Part shown: positions 1 through 11,138 of the stretch, in pieces | Numbering within the stretch: position 1 is the stretch's first letter | Layout: every line of letters starts with the position of its first letter | Source: Tagaea sp. | GTDB taxonomy: Bacteria > Pseudomonadota > Alphaproteobacteria > CACIAM-22H2 | NCBI GenBank assembly: GCA_965279525.1 | Contig: CBDIIB010000005.1 | Coordinates: 160,001 to 224,000 of the forward strand | Length of the DNA stretch: 64,000 bases | Direction of reading: 5' to 3' | Program-made: the position numbers and the translations under genes | The notes under the pieces: model-generated | The model's input: the letters and a program-made list of their open reading frames with translations, nothing else | Told to the model about the DNA's origin: nothing | The model's database searches: none

Positions 1-830
1 TGCGCGAGTACAACGGCGAGTACATCGTCGTGAAGTACGGCGGCCATGCGATGGGCGACGAGCGTCTGGCGGCGGAGTTCGCGCGCGATATCGTGCTGCT
101 GAAGCAGGTCGGCATGAATCCGATCGTCGTCCACGGCGGCGGCCCGCAGATCGGCGCGATGCTCGAGCGCCTCAAGGTCAAGAGCGAGTTCATCGACGGC
201 CTGCGCGTGACCGACGCCGCGACGGTCGAAGTCGTGGAGATGGTGCTTTCCGGCACCATCAACAAGCAGATCGTCACGTCGATCAACCAGGCCGGCGGCA
301 AGGCCGTCGGCCTCTCGGGCAAGGACGCCAACTTCCTGACCGCGCGCAAGGTGACGCGCACGAAGAAGGATCCCGATTCGAACATCGAGCGCGTGCTCGA
401 TCTGGGATTCGTCGGCGAGCCCGAGCACATCGATCCCTCGCTGCTCGACAATTTCGAGAAGTCCGACATCATCCCGGTGATCGCCCCCATCGGCGTCGGC
501 CGGGACGGTGCCACCTACAACATCAATGCCGATACGGTCGCAGGCGCCGTCGCCGCGGCGATGAAGGCCTCGCGGCTGCTGCTGCTGACCGACGTCCGGG
601 GCGTTCTCGACAAGAACAAGAACCTGCTGCCCGACCTCACGGCCGCCCAGGTGCGCGCACTGATCGCGGACGGAACGATTTCGGGCGGAATGATCCCGAA
701 GGTCGAGACGTGCCTGCTCGCGGTCGACGGCGGTGTGGAAGGTGCCATCATCCTCGACGGCCGGGTGCCGCACGCCACGCTGCTCGAGATCTTCACCGAC
801 ACGGGCGTCGGCACGATGATCAAGGGCTAG
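1..830 (+). CDS. argB: acetylglutamate kinase (5'-truncated by window)
   Basis: [24 protein letters not shown] and GGMIPKV motifs; frame is open to the window start. Confidence 0.96.
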   Translation, partial: REYNGEYIVVKYGGHAMGDERLAAEFARDIVLLKQVGMNPIVVHGGGPQIGAMLERLKVKSEFIDGLRVTDAATVEVVEMVLSGTINKQIVTSINQAGGKAVGLSGKDANFLTARKVTRTKKDPDSNIERVLDLGFVGEPEHIDPSLLDNFEKSDIIPVIAPIGVGRDGATYNINADTVAGAVAAAMKASRLLLLTDVRGVLDKNKNLLPDLTAAQVRALIADGTISGGMIPKVETCLLAVDGGVEGAIILDGRVPHATLLEIFTDTGVGTMIKG

Positions 831-1618
831 CGCCGCGACGCGCTGAGGATTGCCCCGCGCGCGACCAGCGTGTCGGGTTCGACCGCCACGCGCAGTTCGC
901 AGGCCCGCCACAATTCGCCGAGCGATCCGGCCTCGGCCGCGGCACGGGCCGCCTCGACATAGCCCCGATAGCGCAGCGTCCCGCCGCCCAGCGTCAGGCG
1001 CACGGGATTGAACAGGTTCACGAGCGTGGCAAGCCCGCGCCCGAGCGCCGCACCCGCATCGGCCACCAGCCGTTCCGCCCCGGCATCGCCGGACGCGAGC
1101 CGGCGGTGAAGTTCCGCCGGCGTGCCGCCGGACGCGCGCAGCAGGGCCGCACCCGACGCGAGCTGGTCGAGCGTGCGCCCGTCCGGCGCCGCCGGGATCG
1201 AGCCGAGCTCGCCGGCATGGCCGCCGGCTCCTTCGAGCTTGCGGCCGTCGACCAGAAACGAAGCGCCGATGCCCGTGCCGACCATCACGACCCCGGCGGT
1301 CGCACCCGCCGGAAGATCCGCGGAATCGGCAACGAGTGCGGCGCTCGCGTCGTTGATGACCACACCGGGAAGCCCGAGGGCGGCAAGCGGCCGCCAGCCG
1401 CCGATCAGCGGCAGCACATCCGAAAGCACGACCGTGTCGCCCGCCACGAGCCCCGGGATCGCGATGCCCAGTGCAGCCGTGCCGGCCGGCAGGCAGCCGG
1501 CGATGTGCCGTTCGAGTTCGGCCGGCGTAGCCGCCGGCCCCGTCGGCACGTCGAGCACGATCCGGCCGTCGACGACAACGCGAAGCTTCGTTCCGCCGAG
1601 ATCGGCGCCGGCGATCAC
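827..1618 (-). CDS. ROK family sugar kinase
   Basis: [21 protein letters not shown] and GHAGELG motifs; GTG at 1618 overlaps the upstream stop (GTGA). Confidence 0.85.
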   Translation of the reverse strand: MIAGADLGGTKLRVVVDGRIVLDVPTGPAATPAELERHIAGCLPAGTAALGIAIPGLVAGDTVVLSDVLPLIGGWRPLAALGLPGVVINDASAALVADSADLPAGATAGVVMVGTGIGASFLVDGRKLEGAGGHAGELGSIPAAPDGRTLDQLASGAALLRASGGTPAELHRRLASGDAGAERLVADAGAALGRGLATLVNLFNPVRLTLGGGTLRYRGYVEAARAAAEAGSLGELWRACELRVAVEPDTLVARGAILSASRR

Positions 1619-2895
1619 GCCCCGAAGAAATCCAGCTGCCACTTGAGTTCTTCTTCGGTCAGCGGCCAGCCTTCCCACTTGGTGCCGGTCAGCACGCTCT
1701 TGGGCGGCAGAGACAGCGTCTTCTGCTGGATGGCGATCGCGGTCGGCAGCTTGAGCTTGGCCTTCCAGACCGCCGCGATGATGCCCTTGGCCGAGCGCGA
1801 CGTCAGGATCTTGTCGATCGCTTCGGCGCGCGTCCCGCCCAGTTCGGCGAGTGCCAGCTTCACGAACAGCTTCTCGCCGTTCTGTGCCGCCGCCGTCACG
1901 GCGGCATCGTCGAGCTTCTTCTCGCGCTTGAGCCGCTTGACCTTGTCGCCGACCGTCTCGCCGTCACCGTTGCCCCCCGGGCCGTTGGCCCAGTTGGGAT
2001 CGGCAACGGCGCGCTTCTTGGTGTCAGCGCCGCCGGCGGCCTCGGCGATGCGCTTGCGCACTTCGGCCGTCACGGCATCCTTGGTCGCGGCATCCAGATC
2101 GGGGCGAGCGGCCAGGCGCTGGGAAAGCGCGTCGGCCACGAAGGCCGCGATCTTGATTGCCGCACTGTTGGGCAGACGCGGCCGGTCGACGAGACCGCCA
2201 TGCCATTGCGTGCGCGAGGGCGCGCGGTCGACGATCAGGTCCAGCGTCTCCTCGCGGATCTGCGCCGACGCGTTGCCCAGCAGCGTCGTGACGGCATCGA
2301 TGTCGTCGACCGCGACGATGGCATCCGAGATCGTCTCGGTGACCTGGCTGCGGCGTGCAACGGCCGAGAGGGCGCCCTCGGGGTGCTTGCCGCGGATGAT
2401 CTCGAGCAGGTCTTCGTCGGTGAGCAGCGGCGAGAACTGCAGGACGGGGCTGGCGACCGCAAGTTCGGTATCGCGCGCAAGCTGGCGGATCAGGTCGGCC
2501 GGAGCGTCGGGAACGTCCTTCAGCGTCTCGGCGACGACGGCACGGATGCGCGTCGCGGTATCCTTGGCGAGCACCTCGAGCGTCTGCATGACGCGCGTGC
2601 GCGCGGCATCCTGCTCGCCGGGCTTCAGGTCGGGCAGAAGCTGCTGGACCTTGCCGGCAAGCCCGGCGCGCACTTCCTCGCTCTGGTCGCGCGCGAGCTT
2701 GAGGTTGGCGTGGAACGGCGAAGCGGCATTCGCCGCCACCGCCTCGCGCACCGTCGGGTCGATGTCCTCGGTGAGGTAATAGAGGATCTCCGGGCGCACG
2801 TCGGTGCGCCGTGCGAGATTCGTGCGCACGTAGACGTCGGGATCCTGCAGCAGGCGCTTGGCGGATTCGTATTCTTCTTCGGTCTGTGGCGTCAT
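1615..2895 (-). CDS. DUF2336 domain protein
   Basis: Starts MTPQTEEEY; [25 protein letters not shown] and LLGNASAQI helical repeats typical of DUF2336. Confidence 0.85.
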   Translation of the reverse strand: MTPQTEEEYESAKRLLQDPDVYVRTNLARRTDVRPEILYYLTEDIDPTVREAVAANAASPFHANLKLARDQSEEVRAGLAGKVQQLLPDLKPGEQDAARTRVMQTLEVLAKDTATRIRAVVAETLKDVPDAPADLIRQLARDTELAVASPVLQFSPLLTDEDLLEIIRGKHPEGALSAVARRSQVTETISDAIVAVDDIDAVTTLLGNASAQIREETLDLIVDRAPSRTQWHGGLVDRPRLPNSAAIKIAAFVADALSQRLAARPDLDAATKDAVTAEVRKRIAEAAGGADTKKRAVADPNWANGPGGNGDGETVGDKVKRLKREKKLDDAAVTAAAQNGEKLFVKLALAELGGTRAEAIDKILTSRSAKGIIAAVWKAKLKLPTAIAIQQKTLSLPPKSVLTGTKWEGWPLTEEELKWQLDFFGA

Positions 2896-2912
2896 GGCCC
2901 TGTCGTTCGGCT

Positions 2913-4592
2913 TCAGGTCGGAGATGCTTTGGGCGCGGGCGCCAGGGCGTAGTTGCCCTTGCCGCGCCGTTTGACTTCGTACATCGACTCGTCGCCGCGC
3001 TGCAGCAGCTCGTCGACGGTTTCCGGGCGCCTGGGATCGTGGACCGCCACGCCCACCGAAAAGCCGAGCGGCTTTTCCGGGCTTGCCGAGACGGGGACGA
3101 GGTCGCTGCGCAGTTCGAGGATGTGCCTGGCCTTGGCGACCGCACCTTCCTCGTCGGTCATGTCGAGCCAGAGGGCGAATTCGTCGCCGCCCAGCCGCGC
3201 GACCAGATCGTTGGCGCGCGTGGCCTTGCGCAGCGTGCGCGCCACGGCCTTCAGCGCCGTGTCGCCCGCCTGGTGGCCGAGGATGTCGTTGACGGCCTTG
3301 AAGTTGTCGAGATCGACATAGACGAGCGAACCCGGCGTGCCCGAGCGGCGCGAACCGGCAAGCCTTGCCCCCAGTTCGGAAACGAAGCGCCGGCGGTTGA
3401 GAAGGCCGGTCAGCGCGTCGGTCGAGGCCTGCCGGTCGAGCGCTTCGAGAACGTCGAGCTGGGCATGCGCGATGCCGAGCTGGGCGGCCACTTCCGTCAG
3501 CACGGCGCGCTCGCCGTCGGTCCACGCGTCGCCGTCCGAAGCACGGAACAGCGCCACGAGCCCGTTGATCTTGTGGCGGAACGCCGTCGGGATCACGAGT
3601 GCACGGCCGTCGGCACTGGTCAGCTCGACAAGCGCATCCGCACCTTCGGCCTGCGGCCGGTCGAGGCGCAGCTTGGCCTCGAAGCGCCGCTCGATGTCGA
3701 GGCCCGCCGGAATCGGCCCGCCATGCGTCGCACCAGCCTCGAAATCGGGCCGGCCGTCGGCATCGTCGATCACGCGCCAGATGGCGCAGCCCGCCCCCAG
3801 CGCGTTCGCCGTCTCGCTCGCCGCGGCGCGCAGCATGGCGGCGGCTTCCATCTCGTCGCGCACCGCGCGCACGATATGCGCGATCAGGCGTTCGCGGTTG
3901 CGCGCTTCGGCAAGTTCCGCCTCGCGCTCGCGCGTCTCGGTCACGTCGCGGGCAAGGCCGCGCGCCCCCTTCCAGTTGCCGTCGGCGGCGAACAGCGGCA
4001 CGGCCGAGATCTGCACGCACGCGTCGTTGCCGTCGGCGCGACGGACCCACTGCTCGGTCTGCTCGATGGGCTTGCGCGTCAAGAACGGATCGGCGACCGA
4101 AAGATCGTCGGGATCGATCGCGAACACGTCGGGCCGGCGACCCAGCAGGTCGTCGGCGCGCCAGCCAAGTGCTCCCTGCGGCGAGACGAACGCGAAATTG
4201 CCGGCGGCGTCGGTCTCCCACGCGAAGTCGCTCGAGACCTCGACGATGTCCTTGTAGCGCCGGCGCGAGTCCGCCAGCGCGTTGCGCATGTTGGCGGCAA
4301 GGCTGACGTCGCGCGCCAGGATCAGCACGCTTTCGCCGGCCGGCACCAGGCCCACGTCGAGCGTGACGGGGGCGGCGCTGCCGGGGACCACGACCGTGTC
4401 GAGACGGGCCGATCCGCCGTGCAGAATGTCCGCCGCGACGGCGGCGAGGTTGCCGGTGCGCGCTTCGAACTCGCCCAGCATCGCGCGCGCGGCGGAATTG
4501 GCGCTCAGCACCGTCCCGTCGGTCGCGAGGCGCGCAGCAGGGCCCGGCCAGTCGGCGACCAGACGGTCGAATCCGTCGGCCGAGTCCGGCAA
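2913..4592 (-). CDS. PAS-PAS-GAF diguanylate cyclase (GGDEF)
   Basis: [25 protein letters not shown] and [14 protein letters not shown] (RxxD I-site); PAS WETDAAG. Start uncertain (TTG 4592 or CTG 4634). Confidence 0.9.
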   Translation of the reverse strand: MPDSADGFDRLVADWPGPAARLATDGTVLSANSAARAMLGEFEARTGNLAAVAADILHGGSARLDTVVVPGSAAPVTLDVGLVPAGESVLILARDVSLAANMRNALADSRRRYKDIVEVSSDFAWETDAAGNFAFVSPQGALGWRADDLLGRRPDVFAIDPDDLSVADPFLTRKPIEQTEQWVRRADGNDACVQISAVPLFAADGNWKGARGLARDVTETREREAELAEARNRERLIAHIVRAVRDEMEAAAMLRAAASETANALGAGCAIWRVIDDADGRPDFEAGATHGGPIPAGLDIERRFEAKLRLDRPQAEGADALVELTSADGRALVIPTAFRHKINGLVALFRASDGDAWTDGERAVLTEVAAQLGIAHAQLDVLEALDRQASTDALTGLLNRRRFVSELGARLAGSRRSGTPGSLVYVDLDNFKAVNDILGHQAGDTALKAVARTLRKATRANDLVARLGGDEFALWLDMTDEEGAVAKARHILELRSDLVPVSASPEKPLGFSVGVAVHDPRRPETVDELLQRGDESMYEVKRRGKGNYALAPAPKASPT

Positions 4593-4808
4593 CGGGCGAA
4601 GGTGCCGCTTGGCGTCTTTTGGGGTCGCGGTCAGGGGTTCCGGCCTTTCATCGAAGGGCGGGAGGATAGCCCGGCGCGGCGAGCGCTGCCAAGGCGTGCT
4701 GACACCCGACCGGACGCGAATAAGGCGAGATTGACAGCGGCACCCGCACGGCCCATTTTCCGGTCCCGCCCGACCTTTTCCCCCACCCGAAATCACCGGA
4801 AACCGACG

Positions 4809-5657
4809 ATGAGCCTTGCCAATTTGCAAACGACGATCGACCGGGCCTGGGAAGGCCGCGCCGAACTCGGCCTCACGACGAAGGGCGAGGTCCGCGAGGC
4901 GGTCGACGCGGCACTTGCCGCACTCGATGCCGGCGAGGCGCGCGTGGCCGAACGCAAGGACGGCAAGTGGATCGTCAACCAGTGGCTCAAGAAGGCGGTC
5001 CTGCTGTCGTTCCGCCTCAACGACAACATGCTGATTTCCGATGCGCCCGGCGGCGCTTCGTGGTGGGACAAGGTGCCCTCGAAGTTCGTCGGCTGGACGG
5101 CCGAGCGCTATCGCAAGGCCGGCTTCCGCGCCGTGCCCGGTGCGGTCGTGCGCCACTCGGCCTTCATCGCGTCCAACGCGATCCTGATGCCGTCGTTCGT
5201 CAATGTCGGCGCCTATGTCGACAGCGGCACGATGGTCGACACGTGGGTGACCGTCGGCTCCTGCGCGCAAATCGGGAAGAACTGCCACCTTTCGGGCGGT
5301 GTGGGCATCGGCGGCGTGCTCGAGCCGCTGCAGGCCGAGCCCGTGATCATCGAGGACAACTGCTTCATCGGCGCCCGTTCCGAAGTGGTCGAGGGCGTGA
5401 TCGTCGAGGAAGGCTCGGTCCTGTCGATGGGCGTGTTCATCGGCCAGTCGACCAAGATCGTCGACCGCAACACCGGCGAGATCCACATGGGCCGCGTGCC
5501 CGCCTATTCGGTCGTCGTGCCCGGCAACCTGCCCGGCAAGCCGATTCCCGGCGGCAACGGCGAGCCCGGCCCGTCGACCTACTGCGCCGTCATCATCAAG
5601 CGCGTGGACGAGAAGACGCGCTCGAAGACGTCGATCAACGACCTGCTCCGGGCCTGA
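4809..5657 (+). CDS. dapD: tetrahydrodipicolinate N-succinyltransferase
   Basis: [28 protein letters not shown]; hexapeptide repeats. Confidence 0.97.
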   Translation: MSLANLQTTIDRAWEGRAELGLTTKGEVREAVDAALAALDAGEARVAERKDGKWIVNQWLKKAVLLSFRLNDNMLISDAPGGASWWDKVPSKFVGWTAERYRKAGFRAVPGAVVRHSAFIASNAILMPSFVNVGAYVDSGTMVDTWVTVGSCAQIGKNCHLSGGVGIGGVLEPLQAEPVIIEDNCFIGARSEVVEGVIVEEGSVLSMGVFIGQSTKIVDRNTGEIHMGRVPAYSVVVPGNLPGKPIPGGNGEPGPSTYCAVIIKRVDEKTRSKTSINDLLRA

Positions 5658-5662
5658 CGCGC

Positions 5663-6826
5663 GTGGTCGACGCGCTCGAGTTCGCCCGCGACCTGATCCG
5701 CTGCAAGTCGGTGACGCCGGCCGATGACGGCGCGCTGGGCACGCTCGAGAAGCGGCTCAAGGCGCTGGGCTTCGCGTGCCACCGGCTCAAATTCTCGCAG
5801 GACGGCACGCCGGACGTCGACAATCTCTATGCGCGCATCGGCACGGCGGCGCCGCATTTCTGCTTCGCCGGCCATACCGACGTCGTGCCCCCCGGCAATC
5901 TCGCGGGCTGGACGGTCGATCCCTTCGCCGCCGAGATCCATGACGGGTTCCTCTACGGGCGCGGTGCGGTCGACATGAAGGGCTCCATCGCCGCGTTCGT
6001 CGCGGCGGCCGCCCGCTTCCTGGGTGCGCGCAAGGGCGACCTGCCCGGCTCGATCTCGCTGCTGATCACCGGCGACGAGGAAGGCCCGTCGATCAACGGC
6101 ACGATCAAGGTGCTCGACTGGCTGGCCAAGCGCGGCGAGAAGCTGGACGCGTGCGTGGTCGGCGAACCCACCAACGAGACCGTGCTGGGCGATATGGTGA
6201 AGATCGGCCGGCGCGGCTCGGTCAACGCCACGCTGGTCGCCAAGGGCGTGCAGGGCCACGTCGCCTATCCGCACCTTGCCGACAATCCCACCCACCACCT
6301 GATCCGGCTGCTCGCCGACCTGACGGCAAAGCCGCTCGACGAAGGCAACGCGCATTTCCAGCCTTCCTCGCTGCAGGTGACGACCATCGATGTCGGCAAC
6401 CCGACCGAGAACCTGATCCCGGCCGAGGCGCGTGCCCGCCTCAACATCCGCTTCAACGACGTGCACACGTCGAAGTCGCTCCTCGACTGGATCGCGTCGC
6501 GCATCGCGGCCTCGGGCTCGAAGATCGAGATGACGAGCCGCGTGTCGGGCGAATCCTTCATCACGCCGCCCGGGGCCCTCTCCGATCTCGTTTCCGGTGC
6601 GGTCGAGAAGGTGCTGGGCCGCAGGCCGGCCCTCTCCACGACCGGCGGCACCTCCGACGCGCGCTTCATCGTGCGCCACTGCAAGACGGTCGAGTTCGGC
6701 CTTGTCGGCCGCACGATGCACAAGACCGACGAACGCGCCGCCGTCGCCGACATCGCGGCGCTGTGCGACATCTACGGCCACATGCTCGACGGGTTCTTCG
6801 CACCGCCGCCTGCGCCCCGGGCCTAG
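5663..6826 (+). CDS. dapE: succinyl-diaminopimelate desuccinylase
   Basis: [43 protein letters not shown]; follows dapD. Confidence 0.97.
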   Translation: MVDALEFARDLIRCKSVTPADDGALGTLEKRLKALGFACHRLKFSQDGTPDVDNLYARIGTAAPHFCFAGHTDVVPPGNLAGWTVDPFAAEIHDGFLYGRGAVDMKGSIAAFVAAAARFLGARKGDLPGSISLLITGDEEGPSINGTIKVLDWLAKRGEKLDACVVGEPTNETVLGDMVKIGRRGSVNATLVAKGVQGHVAYPHLADNPTHHLIRLLADLTAKPLDEGNAHFQPSSLQVTTIDVGNPTENLIPAEARARLNIRFNDVHTSKSLLDWIASRIAASGSKIEMTSRVSGESFITPPGALSDLVSGAVEKVLGRRPALSTTGGTSDARFIVRHCKTVEFGLVGRTMHKTDERAAVADIAALCDIYGHMLDGFFAPPPAPRA

Positions 6827-6828
6827 GG

Positions 6829-7407
6829 ATGGCGCTCGCCCGTCTCGTCGCCGGACCGATCAACGGGCTGATGCGCGTGCTGCGGGGCGACCGGGCGGGC
6901 CTCGATCTGATGGGGGCCGCAAGCCGGGCGGGCTGGATCGCGTCGTTCGTCATTCCGGGCCTCCTGCTCGCCCCCGCCTATGGCTGGATGACGATGCGCC
7001 GTTTCGCCGACGTGGAGTTCGAGCCCGAGTTCGTGCCGACCTTCACGATCGAGGCGATCGGCTACGTCATCGGCTGGACGGCGTTTCCGGTGCTGTCGCA
7101 TGCGATCTGCCAGCGCATCGGCAAGCCCGTCGACTGGTTCGGCTACATCGCGGCCTATAACTGGGCCAACGTCCTGCAGATCGCGTTCTACGTGCCGGCC
7201 GCCCTGCTCGGCACGTTCGACGGCGTGCCGCCGCTGCCGCTGTTCCTGGTCGGCGTCGTCGCGGTGAGTGCGGCGATCGCCCTCCATTTCCGGGTGGCAC
7301 GCGTCGTGCTGGAGATCGCCCCGGTCCAGGCGCTGATGCTGGTCGCGGTCGACCTCGCCGTCGGCCAGATCATCTCGCGGCTGGTGGACCGGCTGCACGC
7401 CATCTAG
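6829..7407 (+). CDS. conserved alphaproteobacterial membrane protein
   Basis: Several hydrophobic segments; YIAAYNW motif; starts 2 nt after dapE stop. Confidence 0.75.
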   Translation: MALARLVAGPINGLMRVLRGDRAGLDLMGAASRAGWIASFVIPGLLLAPAYGWMTMRRFADVEFEPEFVPTFTIEAIGYVIGWTAFPVLSHAICQRIGKPVDWFGYIAAYNWANVLQIAFYVPAALLGTFDGVPPLPLFLVGVVAVSAAIALHFRVARVVLEIAPVQALMLVAVDLAVGQIISRLVDRLHAI

Positions 7408-7420
7408 GGAGCAAGCAACC

Positions 7421-8527
7421 ATGCGCGCGATCGTCGAACGCCTGCCGATGCGCGACCCCGCCGACATGTCGGCGCTGAAGGCGGCATTCGCTTCGGGCCG
7501 CCTCGATCCGGCCGGCATCGTGGCGATTCTCGGAAAGACCGAGGGAAACGGCTGCGTCAACGACTTCACCCGCGGCTACGCCACGCTGGCGATGAAGCTC
7601 GCGTTGGCTGAGGCGACCGGCGCCACGCCCGCCGAAATCGGCGCACGCGTCGCCCTCGTCATGTCGGGCGGCACCGAGGGCGGCCTCAGCCCGCACATGA
7701 TCGTGTTCGCCGTCGTCCCCGACGCTGGTGCCAAACCATCGGGCAAGCGGCTGGCGATCGGAACCGGTTTCACGCGCGAATTTGCCGCATCCGAAATCGG
7801 CCGCAAGGCGCAGATCGACGCGACGGCCACGGCCGTGCGCGAAGCGATGGCCAAGGCCGGCATCGCCGAGGTGCAGGACGTGCACTACGTGCAGGTCAAA
7901 TGCCCGCTGCTGACGGCCGAGCGCAGCGAGGGGCACGACGTGGTGTGCGTCGACACCTATGAATCCATGGCCTATTCGCGCGGCGCTTCCGCGCTCGGCG
8001 TGGCGGCAGCACTTGGCGAGATCGACGCGCGGCAGGCGACCGACGCCGCCGTGTGCGCCGACTGGTCGCTGCATTCCGGTGTCGCCAGCACGTCGGCCGG
8101 CATCGAGCTGATGCGCAACGAGATCATGGTGCTGGGCAATTCCGCCGCATGGACCGGCGAGCTTGCCGTCGCGCACCGCGTGATGAAGGACGGCATCGAT
8201 TCACCTGCCTTGTGGGCCGCCCTCGCCGATCTCGGCATTTCCGGCAACGGCCAGCTCGACGACGCCGCGCGCGGACGCATCGCCGCCGTGCTCGCCAAGG
8301 CCGAGCCGCCGCATGGCGGCACGATAAGGGGGGCCCGCCACATCATGCGCGACGACAGCGACATCAACGCCACGCGCCACGCGCGGGCACTGGTCGGCGG
8401 CGTGCTCGCCGGTGCGGTCGGCGACACGCGCCTGTTCGTGTCGGGCGGGGCGGAACACCAGGGCCCCGACGGCGGCGGCCCGGTCGCGGTGATCGGGCGG
8501 GTACAACCCTCACCCCGCGACCTATAG
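7421..8527 (+). CDS. atzD: cyanuric acid hydrolase / barbiturase family ring-opening amidohydrolase
   Basis: GKTEGNGCVNDFTR, MSGGTEG, QVKCPLL, STSAG, TRHAR and FVSGGAEHQGPDGGG family signatures. Confidence 0.88.
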   Translation: MRAIVERLPMRDPADMSALKAAFASGRLDPAGIVAILGKTEGNGCVNDFTRGYATLAMKLALAEATGATPAEIGARVALVMSGGTEGGLSPHMIVFAVVPDAGAKPSGKRLAIGTGFTREFAASEIGRKAQIDATATAVREAMAKAGIAEVQDVHYVQVKCPLLTAERSEGHDVVCVDTYESMAYSRGASALGVAAALGEIDARQATDAAVCADWSLHSGVASTSAGIELMRNEIMVLGNSAAWTGELAVAHRVMKDGIDSPALWAALADLGISGNGQLDDAARGRIAAVLAKAEPPHGGTIRGARHIMRDDSDINATRHARALVGGVLAGAVGDTRLFVSGGAEHQGPDGGGPVAVIGRVQPSPRDL

Positions 8528-8610
8528 GTCGCGCCTCTCCCGCAAGCGGGAGAGGGGACAAGACCGGTGCGATCCCCTCTCCCCTCCGGGGAGAGGGTTA
8601 GGGTGAGGGG
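8507..8610. repeat. composite REP-like palindromic element
   Basis: CCCTCACCC (8507) pairs with GGGTGAGGG (8601); internal hairpins CCTCTCCCGCAAGCGGGAGAGG and CCCTCTCCCCTCCGGGGAGAGGG. Confidence 0.75.
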
Positions 8611-8639
8611 TGTGTATTTAATACGACCAAAAATCGTAA

Positions 8640-8667
8640 TTGATTTTTTGCCAACCATAGGTATACT
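8640..8667 (+). promoter_or_regulatory. putative sigma70 promoter
   Basis: TTGATT-16 nt-TATACT within an AT-rich patch. Confidence 0.5.
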
Positions 8668-8673
8668 TGCTGT

Positions 8674-8850
8674 CACGTGCTCTTTGACATCGTGAATGGA
8701 ATGTCGAAGCCGGTGGCGTGTGCTCGCAAGGGTGCGCTCCACCGGGACGGGAAACCTTGCTTGACGGTAAAGTGATTCGTCGCCGTCAACGTCACCTTGA
8801 ACGAATTCAAGACGTTGCGAGTTGACGGTCGCCTCCCGTCAACTCAATTT
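8674..8850 (+). ncRNA. candidate structured ncRNA, family unknown
   Basis: Follows the promoter; boxA-like TGCTCTTTGACA; five hairpins, one with a GCAA tetraloop and G-U pairs. Confidence 0.4.
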
Positions 8851-9593
8851 TGCGGCGGATAATCCACGCGCACGAGATAGAGCCCCTGCGGCGGGGCGGT
8901 CGGACCGGCGACGCGGCGGTCGCGGGCGGCGAGTGCTTCGGCGATGTCCTCAGGCTTCCAGCGGCCTTCGCCGACCAGCTTCAGCGAGCCCATCATGTTG
9001 CGCACCTGATGGTGCAGGAACGCGCGCGCCTCGACCCACGCCGTGATCTCGCCGCCTTCGCGCCGGATGTCGAGGCGTTCGAGCGTGCGCACCGGGTTCT
9101 TCGCCTGGCAGCCGGTGGCGCGGAAGCTCGTGAAGTCGTGACTGCCCTGGAGGAACGCGGCACCAGCGCGCATCGCATCCACGTCGAGCGGTTTGCCGAC
9201 ATGCCACACACGTCCCTTCTCGAGCACGGGCCGCGCGCGCCGGTCGTAGATCCGGTAGAGATAGACGCGGTGGATGGCCGAGAAGCGCGCGTGGAAGCGC
9301 CTGTCGACTTCCTCCACCTCCACCGCCTGCGCGCCGAACGGCTTCAGGTGCCAGTTGAGCGCCTCGCGGATCTTCAGCGCGTCCCAGTCCTTGTCGAGAT
9401 CGACATGTGCCACCTGCCCGATCGCGTGGACGCCCGAATCCGTGCGACCCGCCGCGACGGTCGCGACCGGATGGCCGACGAACTTGGCGAACGCTTCTTC
9501 CACGGCCTGCTGCACGCTGAAGCCGCTGATCTGGCGCTGCCAGCCGACGAAGCCGCCGCCATCGTATTCGAGCGTCAGCTTGTAGCGCTTCAT
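8844..9593 (-). CDS. truA: tRNA pseudouridine(38-40) synthase
   Basis: [37 protein letters not shown]. Confidence 0.97.
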   Translation of the reverse strand: MKRYKLTLEYDGGGFVGWQRQISGFSVQQAVEEAFAKFVGHPVATVAAGRTDSGVHAIGQVAHVDLDKDWDALKIREALNWHLKPFGAQAVEVEEVDRRFHARFSAIHRVYLYRIYDRRARPVLEKGRVWHVGKPLDVDAMRAGAAFLQGSHDFTSFRATGCQAKNPVRTLERLDIRREGGEITAWVEARAFLHHQVRNMMGSLKLVGEGRWKPEDIAEALAARDRRVAGPTAPPQGLYLVRVDYPPQN

Positions 9594-10501
9594 GCGGCGA
9601 GATCCGTGCCCACGGGAAGCGGATAGCCGCGAAGCAGCGCATCGGCGTCCATCGGTGCGCGTCCCGCGCGCTGCACGCGCGTGAGCTCGAGCGCGTCGGT
9701 CCCGCACGCGACGACGAGCGGGGCCGCGACGATCCGGCCCGGCACGCCGTCGGCTGCCGCGACCGCGCGCGCCCCCAGCACCTTGAAGCGCTCGCCGCCA
9801 TGCGCGAACCACGCCCCCGGGAAGGGGTCGAAGGCGCGGATGCGGCGCGCAAGCAGTTCGGCCGGCTGGCGCCAGTCGATCCGCGCCTCGTCCTTGTCGA
9901 GCTTGCGCGCGTAGGTCGCCCCGTCGCCCTGGATCTCGGGCACCAGCGTGTCGAGTTTCGCGAGCGCTTCGACGATGGCTTGCGCTCCCAGCGGGGCGAG
10001 TTCGTCGTGCAGCGAACCGCCTGTGGCGTTCGGCATGATGGGCAACACGCGCTTCAGCAGCATCGGGCCGGTATCGAGGCCGGCTTCCATCTGCATGATC
10101 GTGATGCCGGTCTCGCCGTCGCCCGCTTCGATCGCGCGCTGGATGGGGGCCGCCCCGCGCCAGCGCGGCAGCAGCGAAGCATGGATGTTGAGGCAGCCGC
10201 GCCTGGGTGCATCGAGCACGGCCTGCGGCAGGATCAGGCCATAGGCCGCGACCACGGCGACGTCGAGCGCGAGGGAAGCGAACTCGGCCCGCGCTTCGGG
10301 TGCCTTGAAGTTCACCGGATGGCGCACCTGAAGCCCCAGCTCCAGGGCGCGTGCATGCACGGGGCTCGGCACCTCGTGCTGGCCGCGGCCGGCCGGGCGC
10401 GGCGGCTGGGAGTAGACGCACGCGATCTCGTGCCCGGCTTTGGCCAACGCGTCGAGAGCTGCGACCGCGAAGGCCGGCGTGCCCATGAAGGCGAGGCGCA
10501 T
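9590..10501 (-). CDS. fmt: methionyl-tRNA formyltransferase
   Basis: [28 protein letters not shown]. Confidence 0.97.
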   Translation of the reverse strand: MRLAFMGTPAFAVAALDALAKAGHEIACVYSQPPRPAGRGQHEVPSPVHARALELGLQVRHPVNFKAPEARAEFASLALDVAVVAAYGLILPQAVLDAPRRGCLNIHASLLPRWRGAAPIQRAIEAGDGETGITIMQMEAGLDTGPMLLKRVLPIMPNATGGSLHDELAPLGAQAIVEALAKLDTLVPEIQGDGATYARKLDKDEARIDWRQPAELLARRIRAFDPFPGAWFAHGGERFKVLGARAVAAADGVPGRIVAAPLVVACGTDALELTRVQRAGRAPMDADALLRGYPLPVGTDLAA

Positions 10502-10510
10502 GGCGGCCGG

Positions 10511-11029
10511 CTACTCGGCGGCCTTCAGCCGCTGGGCCTTCTGCACCTTGCGCAGGATCATCGTGCGCTTGAGCGCCGAGAGATGGTCGACGAACAGCAC
10601 GCCTTCGAGATGGTCCATCTCGTGCTGGATGCACACGGCGAGCAGGCCGTCGCAATCGATCTCCTGCACCTTGTCGTTCTCGTCGCGATAGCGCACGCGC
10701 ACCTGCTTGGGACGCTCGACCTCGGCATACTGGTCGGGGACCGACAGGCAGCCCTCCTCGCACGGCACCGTTTCTTCCGACGCCCAGACGATCTCCGGGT
10801 CGACGAACTTGCGGGGGCTGGCCGCCTCGTCGTCGCGCGCGAGGTCCATGACGACGATGCGTTTGGAAACACCGATCTGAGGTGCGGCCAGGCCGATGCC
10901 GTTGGCGGCGTACATCGTCTCGACCATGTCGTCCATCAAGGCGCGCACGGCGTCGTCGACCTTGCCGACGGGCTTGGCCTTCGCCTTGAGGCGCGGATCG
11001 GGGGCGACGAGGACTTCACGGACTGCCAT
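10511..11029 (-). CDS. def: peptide deformylase
   Basis: GIGLAAPQIG, EGCLS, QHEMDHL. Confidence 0.98.
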   Translation of the reverse strand: MAVREVLVAPDPRLKAKAKPVGKVDDAVRALMDDMVETMYAANGIGLAAPQIGVSKRIVVMDLARDDEAASPRKFVDPEIVWASEETVPCEEGCLSVPDQYAEVERPKQVRVRYRDENDKVQEIDCDGLLAVCIQHEMDHLEGVLFVDHLSALKRTMILRKVQKAQRLKAAE

Positions 11030-11138
11030 AGCCGGTCAATTAGGGCCTCGCCCGGCACGGGTCAAGCGGCCTTGGCGGTCCGGAGCGGGCGGGGTAACGT
11101 TCCCGCCCGATCGCCTGGAATTTCCGGAGAACCGACCG

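Noticed and set aside
2811-6826. Apparent giant N-terminal extensions on DapD and DapE (also MidA, DUF4159 and others)
   Set aside because: Artefacts of calling ORFs from the first start codon; homology starts at downstream starts with operon-like spacing
8696-8774. Two 22-24 codon ORFs inside the candidate ncRNA
   Set aside because: No clear RBS, atypical codons; RNA structure explains the sequence better
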